55,213 bases of DNA from Promethearchaeia archaeon (GTDB lineage: Archaea > Asgardarchaeota > Lokiarchaeia > Sigyniarchaeales > SOKP01): NCBI GenBank assembly GCA_029856155.1, contig JAHQWL010000024.1, positions 1-55,213 of the forward strand, in the 5' to 3' direction. Of this stretch, positions 20,325 to 28,737 are shown piece by piece. The translations under genes and the position numbers were made by a program. The notes beneath the pieces were generated by a model that saw only the letters and a list, made by a program, of their open reading frames with translations, had not been told where the DNA came from and ran no database searches. Each line of letters opens with the position of its first letter. Within the stretch, counting starts at the first letter, position 1.

Positions 20325-22004
20325 GTGACAGTTCTCACAACTGAAGAAGTAATTGATTCAACCACAAATGATATCAAGAAGGAAGAATCTATTAGATTTG
20401 CACATCAAAAAGGGAGTCTTTGGAAAGTCATTGCTAAAAATGAGATAAGAATTAGAACAAGTAATTTCAGAACTCATCGAATGTTATTTTTTATTGCGTT
20501 GTATTCGATTTTAGTGTTATGGGCAGTAGTTATTGCACCCTATCTATTCGATTTGTTTATGCCCACTTTAGCAGAACAATTATCCGATATATTTAAACCG
20601 ATGATTGCAATTTTGATCGAATCTCTAATGACGATGCTGTTTTTAGTTTTAGTAATATACCCGTTAAATAACGTATATAAGGAAGAAGAAATTGGTTCTA
20701 AAGAAATATTATTAGCGACCCCTGTTAAGGCAAACGACATCTTCTTAGGGGAATTCTTAGGTAAAGCTCCGATGTATTCAATTGCAATCTTATTAATTGC
20801 CCCAATCATCGTTGGATTGATAAATCCTATTCTCGATCTAACGGCGATCCAGTATCTGATAATATACATAACAGTTTTTATTCATGTATATTTTGCTAAT
20901 CTAATAGGTTCAATCATCGGAAGTTGGATTGAACATAAAATTTCTAAAAATGAAAAAGCAAGAGATTTAGGAAAGGCATTGGTATGGGTATTTACCATTC
21001 TTTTAGTTGTAATAATGTACGCGATAATATTTTTCCTTAACTTTCTGTTGGAGCATCCTGAATTAAAAAATTGGCTAGCTTTTTATCCTTCTCTATGGTT
21101 TTCAAATATCATATTGTACTCAATTGATCCAGTTTTAATCAGCACTTTCATACTTAATATATGGATTAATGTTCTATTAGCCGTTGGGATACCTATTATT
21201 ACATTATATCTTTCATATAGAAAAGCAGAATCATTCTATACTTTAGAAGGAGGTATCGAAAAGAGCAGTATTACAATCATCGAGCATGAAAATCTCTTTT
21301 ATAAGCTCGTGAGAAAAATTTCTGGTCGTAAGTGGGGAGGTTTAATTGTTATACAACTAAAGAGATTTTTCAGAAAAAAAGCGAATATTGCCAGAGTTGC
21401 TTACGTAGTAGGACTTTTAGGATTTATGAGTTGGTTTATTTCAAGAATGGCTGAAGATACATTTATGATAGTCTTCAGTTCCACTATATTGATTGCTATA
21501 GGAGGAGGATTAGGAAGTATAATCGTTGGACATCTCGCTTTTATTGATTCAAAGGATTTAATATGGGTTTACAAAAGATCACCAAGGGGAATTAAAGCAA
21601 TTGTATATTCTTATCTGCTTATGATGTTAATCTTTAACATCTTCTTAGCTATCTTTGTCACTACGATGCTCACGATATTCTCTAATATAGATTTTTTCAA
21701 TACGGTGATTTTCTTTATTGAGTTTTTGATATTTGCAGAGATTTCAATGTGTCAAGCGATGGGACTTCAATGCATTTCTCCAGCTTTCGGAGAAAAAGAT
21801 TCAAGTATGAAAGGAAATTCAATGATCTCTATGTTACTTTTACAACCACTGTTGTTTCTACCAATAGGATTATTGATCTTTATCAATCCTAGAAGTTTCG
21901 AGTTAATGAGATTAATTCTACAAGGATCTTTATTTCTGTATAATATCGGTGTAAGCTTTCCACTGTTGTATTTTGGCATTAAAAAATTGAATAAATTGGA
22001 GTAA
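20325..22004 (+). CDS. ABC exporter permease (duplicated, about 12 TM)
   Basis: Follows the ATPase; ILLATPVKANDIFLGEF EAA-like loop; two halves of about 6 TM each. Confidence 0.8.
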   Translation: MTVLTTEEVIDSTTNDIKKEESIRFAHQKGSLWKVIAKNEIRIRTSNFRTHRMLFFIALYSILVLWAVVIAPYLFDLFMPTLAEQLSDIFKPMIAILIESLMTMLFLVLVIYPLNNVYKEEEIGSKEILLATPVKANDIFLGEFLGKAPMYSIAILLIAPIIVGLINPILDLTAIQYLIIYITVFIHVYFANLIGSIIGSWIEHKISKNEKARDLGKALVWVFTILLVVIMYAIIFFLNFLLEHPELKNWLAFYPSLWFSNIILYSIDPVLISTFILNIWINVLLAVGIPIITLYLSYRKAESFYTLEGGIEKSSITIIEHENLFYKLVRKISGRKWGGLIVIQLKRFFRKKANIARVAYVVGLLGFMSWFISRMAEDTFMIVFSSTILIAIGGGLGSIIVGHLAFIDSKDLIWVYKRSPRGIKAIVYSYLLMMLIFNIFLAIFVTTMLTIFSNIDFFNTVIFFIEFLIFAEISMCQAMGLQCISPAFGEKDSSMKGNSMISMLLLQPLLFLPIGLLIFINPRSFELMRLILQGSLFLYNIGVSFPLLYFGIKKLNKLE

Positions 22005-22099
22005 AATTAGTTCGAAGAAATTTCATTTCTTTTTTTTTTTATAGGTTATCAATTATCAATTAAGAAATAAAAAAAAATAAATCAAAGGGGGATAAATTA

Positions 22100-22195
22100 A
22101 TGAAAAAGATATTAGTTTTAAGAATCATATTAATCATAGTATTTTCTGCAATTTTTGTAGTAAATATTATGATATTCTTAGATAATATGTCTTAA
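22100..22195 (+). CDS. Unannotated 31-aa single-TM peptide MKKILVLRIILIIVFSAIFVVNIMIFLDNMS
   Basis: GGGGGA SD at 22087-22092, ATG 22100, TAA 22193-22195; below the ORF-track length cutoff. Confidence 0.55.
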   Translation: MKKILVLRIILIIVFSAIFVVNIMIFLDNMS

Positions 22196-22218
22196 AACTT
22201 AATATTAAGGTGAAAAAA

Positions 22219-22854
22219 ATAACAGAAAAGATTGATTTAAAGGAAATTGAGAAAAGAACATGGAGATCTACTTTCGAAGATGGAATTTTAGATATTTATT
22301 TTGGTATTTTAATTCTAGGTTTAGGTGTGGGTATGAGTATTAGTTCTCTGTTACCAAATCATGCAGATATGCTTGTACCTTTTTTTTTTATTGGAATTGG
22401 GTTAGCTTTTTTTCTACCTGCAAAAAAATTCATTACTAAACCTAGATTAGGTGTGGTAAAATTTGGATTAAAACGAAAAGGGCGCAAATTAAAAACATTA
22501 ATTGTCTTATCAGTAAATCTTATTATTCTTCTAATTCTATATATAATCCGATTTACTAATCCTGAATTAAACTTAGAATTTCCAGGATACTTAGATGGAT
22601 TAATTTTAGGGTTACTCTTTATAACAGCTCCAGTATGTTTTACAGCATATTTCATACAATATCCCCGTTTTTACCTCTACGGTATATTGGTGGGAATTAG
22701 TTTCTTTTTATCAGACTTATTCTCAATTTTTATACCCGAACCTTTTGACACATTAATAGTATTTAGCCTTATAAGTAGCATAATAATAATTATGGGGATT
22801 ATGTATTTAGTCAAATTTCTCCAGAAATATCCATTATCTAAGGAGGAAATATAA
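22219..22854 (+). CDS. 6-TM membrane protein, paralogue 1 of 3
   Basis: (I)TEKIDLKEIEK...DGILDIYFG...PRLGVVKFG...KYPL. ATA 22219 aligns with the ATG of the paralogues; the ORF-track GTG 22210 is part of the AGGTGA SD. Confidence 0.8.
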   Translation: MTEKIDLKEIEKRTWRSTFEDGILDIYFGILILGLGVGMSISSLLPNHADMLVPFFFIGIGLAFFLPAKKFITKPRLGVVKFGLKRKGRKLKTLIVLSVNLIILLILYIIRFTNPELNLEFPGYLDGLILGLLFITAPVCFTAYFIQYPRFYLYGILVGISFFLSDLFSIFIPEPFDTLIVFSLISSIIIIMGIMYLVKFLQKYPLSKEEI

Positions 22855-22857
22855 ATT

Positions 22858-23502
22858 ATGACAGAAAATATAGATTTGAAGACAATTGAGAAAAATATTC
22901 TTAAGGTGGGGCACCAACATGGTTTATTTGACATGATGATCGGTTTTATTGTTGGTGGAATGGCTTTAGGACCAATTTTTCGTGAGATTCTACCTTCACC
23001 ATATAGATATTTTTTGTGGCCCTTGATTCTTGTTATTATAGCATGTTTGTCAATTTTTATCTTTGTTAAATATGTGATTCAACCAAGAACAGGGATTTTT
23101 AAACCAGGGCCATCGCTTAAATCAACGGGAAAGAAGCTATTTTTAGTCACGGCCGTACAATTCATAACACATATAATATTTATAATTCTATTAGGAATTG
23201 GAGATTTTAACGGAATACACCTAGAAGGAATTCTATTTAGCCTAATTATAGCCTTATTTTTTATGCCTTTATTCGTGATTTTAGCCTTTTTACTAAAATA
23301 TCCGCGATTATATTTCATTGGAATGCTTATTTGGTTAGCTATTTTTATCAATGAATTAATGTATGATGTTTTAGATAGCAGAATTAGATGGCCAATATCA
23401 TATGGAATTCCAGGAGCAATTATTTTTTTTATGGGCTTAGTATTTTTCATTCGTTTTCTTCGAAGATATCCACTACCTAAGAAGGAGGTCGCCAAAATAT
23501 GA
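22858..23502 (+). CDS. 6-TM membrane protein, paralogue 2 of 3
   Basis: MTENIDLKTIEK...HGLFDMMIG...PRTGIFKPG...YPRLY...RYPL. Confidence 0.8.
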   Translation: MTENIDLKTIEKNILKVGHQHGLFDMMIGFIVGGMALGPIFREILPSPYRYFLWPLILVIIACLSIFIFVKYVIQPRTGIFKPGPSLKSTGKKLFLVTAVQFITHIIFIILLGIGDFNGIHLEGILFSLIIALFFMPLFVILAFLLKYPRLYFIGMLIWLAIFINELMYDVLDSRIRWPISYGIPGAIIFFMGLVFFIRFLRRYPLPKKEVAKI

Positions 23503-24146
23503 CAGAAAAAATTGATTTAGAATCACTTGAAAAAAAAGCATATAGATCAGTATTTAATGACGGTTTATGGGATTTATTTATTGGTATGCTAATTTTAAAT
23601 ATAGGAATGGGGCCACTATTTACTTTTCTTTTTAGCTCACTTGGATACATAAGCGTGTTCATTATCATTACAGTATGGAATATAATTACGTTGCTAATAT
23701 TTATTTTAGGTAAGAAATATATTACAATCCCTCGTGTTGGATATGTTAAATTTGGTCCAAAACGCAAATCAAAACAACTCAAGCTAAAAATATTTTTATT
23801 TGTAGTTCTTTTTCTGAATTTGATTTTATTTGGATTACATCTTGGAGATTTAATAGATTATAGCTTACTGCAACCTCTATTTATTGCATTATTTTTAGGT
23901 TTTGGAATATTTACCATACCATTTTGCGTTGTCGCTTATTTCTTAGATTTTACAAGATTATACTTTTATTCTTTGTCAGCAGGATTAGGATTCTTTTTAA
24001 CCGAACTAATATCACCAATAGTAGGTGATTACTTAGATGATTTTATTATTTTTGGAGTCATAGGAGGGATAATTATACTAATTGGATTATATTATTTCAT
24101 TTCTTTCTTAAAAAAATATCCTTTGTCGAAAAAAAAGGTGATATAA
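23499..24146 (+). CDS. 6-TM membrane protein, paralogue 3 of 3
   Basis: MTEKIDLESLEK...DGLWDLFIG...PRVGYVKFGPKRK...KYPL. Confidence 0.8.
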   Translation: MTEKIDLESLEKKAYRSVFNDGLWDLFIGMLILNIGMGPLFTFLFSSLGYISVFIIITVWNIITLLIFILGKKYITIPRVGYVKFGPKRKSKQLKLKIFLFVVLFLNLILFGLHLGDLIDYSLLQPLFIALFLGFGIFTIPFCVVAYFLDFTRLYFYSLSAGLGFFLTELISPIVGDYLDDFIIFGVIGGIIILIGLYYFISFLKKYPLSKKKVI

Positions 24147-24149
24147 GAA

Positions 24150-24485
24150 ATCACAAAAAAGAAAACAGAATCAAAAGATTTCGTCCAACCTCTCAGTGAT
24201 ATTGACAAGGTTATTCATGAGCCGGCAAGGTTAATGATTATGTCATATTTATATGTAGTTGAGAGTGCTGATTTTGTTTTCTTGAGAAATCAAACTGGTT
24301 TAACTGATGGAAACTTATCATCTCATTTAAGTAAGCTTGAATCTGTGGGATATGTACTTATTAAAAAAAGATTTAAGGGTAAAAAACCTCAAACAATGCT
24401 GAAACTTAGCATAGAAGGTCGAAAGGCTTTTGAAATTTATCGAAAAAAAATGGAGCAGGTATTAGGTGGATTGAGCGAAAAATAA
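24150..24485 (+). CDS. Winged-helix transcriptional regulator (ArsR/MarR-like, HTH_34 type)
   Basis: DIDKVIHEPARLMIMSYL...DFVFL...LTDGNLSSHLSKLE..GYV...F.GKKPQT...GRKAF. The conserved N-terminal motif lies upstream of the first ATG (24234), implying a start at ATC 24150. Confidence 0.88.
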   Translation: MTKKKTESKDFVQPLSDIDKVIHEPARLMIMSYLYVVESADFVFLRNQTGLTDGNLSSHLSKLESVGYVLIKKRFKGKKPQTMLKLSIEGRKAFEIYRKKMEQVLGGLSEK

Positions 24486-24599
24486 TTAATTGAGTCTAGT
24501 GTATAAGCAGTTAACGAATTTTAAATAAATTGGAGATTAAACTCTTCTGCTAGTTTCCTTAATAATAAAATTAAATTTTGCTAATTAATTTAATAATTT

Positions 24600-25403
24600 A
24601 TGTCTATTATAGGAATAAACTATGAAGAATGTAATAATTGCAATTTGTGCGTTACAACTTGTATGTTATTTAGACGAGATCAAGAACAAGATAAAATAGT
24701 ATTTAATGATCCAACTGACTTTTGTAATTTATGTGGCCAATGCATCGCAAGGTGTCCTCAGGATGCTATTATATATGAAGGAATTGGAGAAGCATATTCT
24801 TATGAAGATGTTGATAAACCAGAAAATATCGCATCATATGACACAATTTATAACTTCCTAAGAGCAAATCGTTCAATTCGTCGTTTTAAATCCAAAGAAG
24901 TGCCAAACGATGTTTTAAGAAAGGTTTTTGATGCAATGTTGCATGCTCCTACAGCAGAGAATGCACGTACTGAAAATTTCACAATTCTTTCAGACAAAGA
25001 ACAAATAAAGAAATTAAACGATGCTGTCATTGAAGAGTTAATGAAACAACCAGAAGTAAAGGTTAAATATGGAATGTTATTTAAGCTTCTTGGAAAAGCA
25101 TTTAATAGTCCAGTATTTTTTGACGCGCCTCATGTTATTTTTGTTGATTCTCCACTTAAATCTGAAGGTGAATTCCTAAATATAGGAATAATTATTACAT
25201 ATGGAAGATTAGCTGCCCAAGCTCTTGGTTTAGGTACATGTTGGAATGGTTGGACGCAAATTGCTATAATGAGCAATCCAGAAATAAAGAAAATAGCAAA
25301 CATTAAAGGAAATACAGTGGGGGTGTTTATATTGGGATATCCTGCTGTTAAATTTTACCGTTCTCCACCTCGTGCTCCAAAAAAAGTAGAAGGTTTAGAC
25401 TAA
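24600..25403 (+). CDS. Nitroreductase family protein with N-terminal 2x[4Fe-4S] ferredoxin domain
   Basis: CNNCNLCVTTC and CNLCGQCIARCP, RSIRRF, APTAEN, GLGTCW. Confidence 0.92.
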   Translation: MSIIGINYEECNNCNLCVTTCMLFRRDQEQDKIVFNDPTDFCNLCGQCIARCPQDAIIYEGIGEAYSYEDVDKPENIASYDTIYNFLRANRSIRRFKSKEVPNDVLRKVFDAMLHAPTAENARTENFTILSDKEQIKKLNDAVIEELMKQPEVKVKYGMLFKLLGKAFNSPVFFDAPHVIFVDSPLKSEGEFLNIGIIITYGRLAAQALGLGTCWNGWTQIAIMSNPEIKKIANIKGNTVGVFILGYPAVKFYRSPPRAPKKVEGLD

Positions 25404-25411
25404 AAGATGAA

Positions 25412-26221
25412 TTAAAATATGGCATACTTGAAATTTTCATCAGACAATACCCATGCTTCCAAGAAATCGTCTCTTATTTTTCTATCCCATATTTTATCAA
25501 TATTTTTTATCCCCTTAATAAGATCTACTAACAAATCTTTACTCACTGCAAATTCTTCATGAGAGGGATAAATTTCAATATTTTCTGAATCATTAAATAA
25601 ATCTAATAATTTCGTAATACTTGAAAGAATGATCGGAAACGTCTTTTTAGTGAGATACATCATCCCATAATGGGCAGTATCACCAGTAAAAAGTTCATTT
25701 TTATTAGTTAATAAAGATATACAACCGGGAGAATGTCCAGGAGTATGAATAATTTTTACTGAAATATCACCTAGATCGATTATTTCATTATCTATTACAG
25801 GTTGGATCTCTTTAACTGGTGGTAGAATATAATTTTTGTTTTCAAAATGTTTAACTACTTCTTTAGGAGAATCACGTAAGAATGTTATATCACGCGGCTT
25901 AGAAATTTGTTTACGCTCTTTTTTGTGGATTAGAACTTTATCAAACTCATGATTTCCACCGATATGATCAAAATGAGAATGAGTATTAATTACTAATAAT
26001 GTCTTTCCCACTACTAAATCTTTGATAATAGGTTTAAGTGGAAAAAGACCACATCCCGTATCAATCAATAAAGCAGAATGAGCACCTATAACTAAATATA
26101 AATTTGTATAAGTAGTATAAAATCTCGGATCAATCTCATCAAGTCTTTCTCGAATAACATATAAGTACTCTTTATGTTTTATGATTTCAAACCACTCTTG
26201 GTTATCTACAATTTTAGGCAT
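25412..26221 (-). CDS. Metallo-beta-lactamase fold hydrolase
   Basis: LIDTG, THSHFDHIGG, HTPGHSPG, FTGD, YPSH. Confidence 0.92.
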   Translation of the reverse strand: MPKIVDNQEWFEIIKHKEYLYVIRERLDEIDPRFYTTYTNLYLVIGAHSALLIDTGCGLFPLKPIIKDLVVGKTLLVINTHSHFDHIGGNHEFDKVLIHKKERKQISKPRDITFLRDSPKEVVKHFENKNYILPPVKEIQPVIDNEIIDLGDISVKIIHTPGHSPGCISLLTNKNELFTGDTAHYGMMYLTKKTFPIILSSITKLLDLFNDSENIEIYPSHEEFAVSKDLLVDLIKGIKNIDKIWDRKIRDDFLEAWVLSDENFKYAIF

Positions 26222-26419
26222 TTTGCTAACTTCTTAAATTTATATCTTATTTTTTAAATTATTCCTCCAAAATAAAGTTCTTATAATTAATATTCTTTGA
26301 TGGTTTAAAAAAAATCTAATACATTTATTGACATTAATGGGAAAGGTTCTACAAAAATATTAAATAATAATTCAACGAATTTGTATTAATCAATAATTAA
26401 TATTATTGGGGAAATTTAA

Positions 26420-28555
26420 ATGAAAAATGTCTGGAAATCAAAATGGTTTAGTCTTTTCCTTTGCCTAGTTCTTTTTTTCTTAATGATAATCCCAATTAAT
26501 TTGTATAAATTTAAAACCCTTGAAACTGAGTGTTTAGATAATTGTAATATATTAAATTTAAAAACTGCTGGATATTGGCATCTTACAGGAGAGGCGATAT
26601 TTATCGATGATAATGACCCTGCTAGAAATTGGTCTTATACAGCAATGAATTATGATTGGTGTTCTGGGAGTGGAACATGGAGCGATCCTTACGTTATAGA
26701 AAATGTTACAGTTGATTATTATGGTATAAGTTTAGGCAACTCTATTTATATTAGAAATTCAAAGAATTCGTATTTTATGATTAGAAATTGTACATTAGAT
26801 AATTCATATCCCGATACAGATCCCGAGAATGTTGGAATCAGGTTACAAAACGTTAATAATGGGACTTTAATTAACAACACCTTCACATTTAATGAGTATG
26901 GAATCCAACTCCATTCTAATTGTGATAATAATACGATTTTAGAAAATAAATTAGATTATAATGAAGCAGTTGGTATTGATTTAGAAACGGGGTGTGGAGG
27001 AAATAAAATTTTTAATAATACTATAACAAATACTGAACAATATGGCATTATAGTTGCTTACAGTTCAAATGGTAACAATATTACTAATAATATTATTACA
27101 GGCAATGGATGGCATTGGAGTTTAGAAGCGGATTCCGGAATTAAGATTCAAGCAAGTAATGACAATATTATAACTAACAATATAATAACTAATAATGCTC
27201 AAAATGGTGTCTACATCTATAGTGATTACTGCTATGATAATGTTATTATCAATAATACTATAAGCGGGAATAGAAAAGGAATTCGAATGGTCAATAATGT
27301 GTTTGGTACCACCATTAGAGACAATTTAATTAGAGACAATAGTGAATATGGAATATATATAGCTACTTATCATCCTCAAGGCAGTGACATTTATCTAAAC
27401 TGTTTTATTGATAATGGTATTCAAGCTTATGATAACGTTGTCGGACAGAATAATGATTGGGATAATGGAACGATCGGAAATTTCTGGAGTGATTATGCTG
27501 GTGTTGATGTTGATGATAATGGGATTGGTGATACTCCTTATTTAATTGGAGGTGATAATGGAGGAAATCAAGATACTTATCCTATTTGCCATGATTCTCC
27601 CAATATTAAAATTGAATCGCCTCAACCATATGAAATCTATGAAAGTTTGGCCCCAACCTTTAACGTAAGTATCAAAGATCCTAATTTAGACTCAATGTGG
27701 TATACTTTAAATAATGGAACGCAAAAAGTTCCCTTTACTACAAATGAAACAATCAATCAAGGATTATGGGATGCTTTATCTGATGGTCTAATAGATATCA
27801 CTTTTTATGCAAATGATACTGCGGGAAATGTAAATTCCTCATCAGTTACAATAATTAGAGATACAGGAGGCCCAACTATACATATTAATTCTCCTGCTCA
27901 ATATGATGTTTTTGCACTTACAGAACCTACTTTCAATGTAGAGATTAGAGATTTTCTATCAAATACAACATGGTATACTATAGATGGTGGATTAACCAAG
28001 TTTATTTTTACATCTAATGGATCCCTTAATCCAGACGAGTGGGATAATGCTTTAGATGGGTTAATAAGTATTACATTTTATGCGAATGATACGTTAGGCA
28101 ATCTTAATTCTGCATCTGTATCAGTCTATAAAGATACACAAATTCCCTATATCTGGATTGTCTATCCTGATTATGATGATGTTTTTAACACAACAGCACC
28201 AGATTTTATAGTAGAACCAGATGAAGTAAATATAGTGAGAATGTGGTACACAATTAATTTTAGTTTGACTGAATATACATTTACTACAAATGGAACAATA
28301 AACCAAGCAGCCTGGGATGCACTTCCAAAAGGTGTCTTAGTTTTAAGGTTCTATATTGAGGATATTGGGGGGTATATTGGCTTTGACGATGTAATTATTA
28401 CCAAGAGCTTACCAACAAATGGAAACGGAGATGGAGATGGAGATACTACAGGTTCAGCAATACCTAGTTATCCCTTAGTTTTGCTGATTTCGACAATTTG
28501 GATTGTTTCGACCATAATTCTCGTCTTAATCAGGAAGAAAATAAAGAAAAAATAA
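26420..28555 (+). CDS. Cell-surface protein: right-handed beta-helix (NosD/CASH-like) + three Ig-like repeats + Loki-CTERM-like anchor
   Basis: Signal peptide, GSGTWSDPYVIEN, Asn-rich parallel beta-helix repeats, GNFWSDY..D.DDNGIGDTPY, 3x (PxF.V.I...WYT...W.AL.DG...ITFYAND), C-terminal AIPSY-TM-RKKIKKK. Confidence 0.85.
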   Translation: MKNVWKSKWFSLFLCLVLFFLMIIPINLYKFKTLETECLDNCNILNLKTAGYWHLTGEAIFIDDNDPARNWSYTAMNYDWCSGSGTWSDPYVIENVTVDYYGISLGNSIYIRNSKNSYFMIRNCTLDNSYPDTDPENVGIRLQNVNNGTLINNTFTFNEYGIQLHSNCDNNTILENKLDYNEAVGIDLETGCGGNKIFNNTITNTEQYGIIVAYSSNGNNITNNIITGNGWHWSLEADSGIKIQASNDNIITNNIITNNAQNGVYIYSDYCYDNVIINNTISGNRKGIRMVNNVFGTTIRDNLIRDNSEYGIYIATYHPQGSDIYLNCFIDNGIQAYDNVVGQNNDWDNGTIGNFWSDYAGVDVDDNGIGDTPYLIGGDNGGNQDTYPICHDSPNIKIESPQPYEIYESLAPTFNVSIKDPNLDSMWYTLNNGTQKVPFTTNETINQGLWDALSDGLIDITFYANDTAGNVNSSSVTIIRDTGGPTIHINSPAQYDVFALTEPTFNVEIRDFLSNTTWYTIDGGLTKFIFTSNGSLNPDEWDNALDGLISITFYANDTLGNLNSASVSVYKDTQIPYIWIVYPDYDDVFNTTAPDFIVEPDEVNIVRMWYTINFSLTEYTFTTNGTINQAAWDALPKGVLVLRFYIEDIGGYIGFDDVIITKSLPTNGNGDGDGDTTGSAIPSYPLVLLISTIWIVSTIILVLIRKKIKKK

Positions 28556-28737
28556 AATATTTTATCTATTTTTTTTTACTTTTACTTATATATTCTTTTC
28601 TCATTAAATTCTAAGTGATTTTTAATAAATACTTGAATAAATAACAATTCTTTACGTAAGTAAAAAAGATCATTTTACAAATCAAATTAAAATATAATTA
28701 TTGCTAATATTTAATAAAAACTTGGAGTGAATTATAC

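Noticed and set aside
24144-24150. Possible TAA read-through fusing paralogue 3 to the regulator (same frame; likewise 4564-4582 and 22852-22858)
   Set aside because: TAA is a strong stop and each downstream gene has its own SD; independent initiation is simpler.
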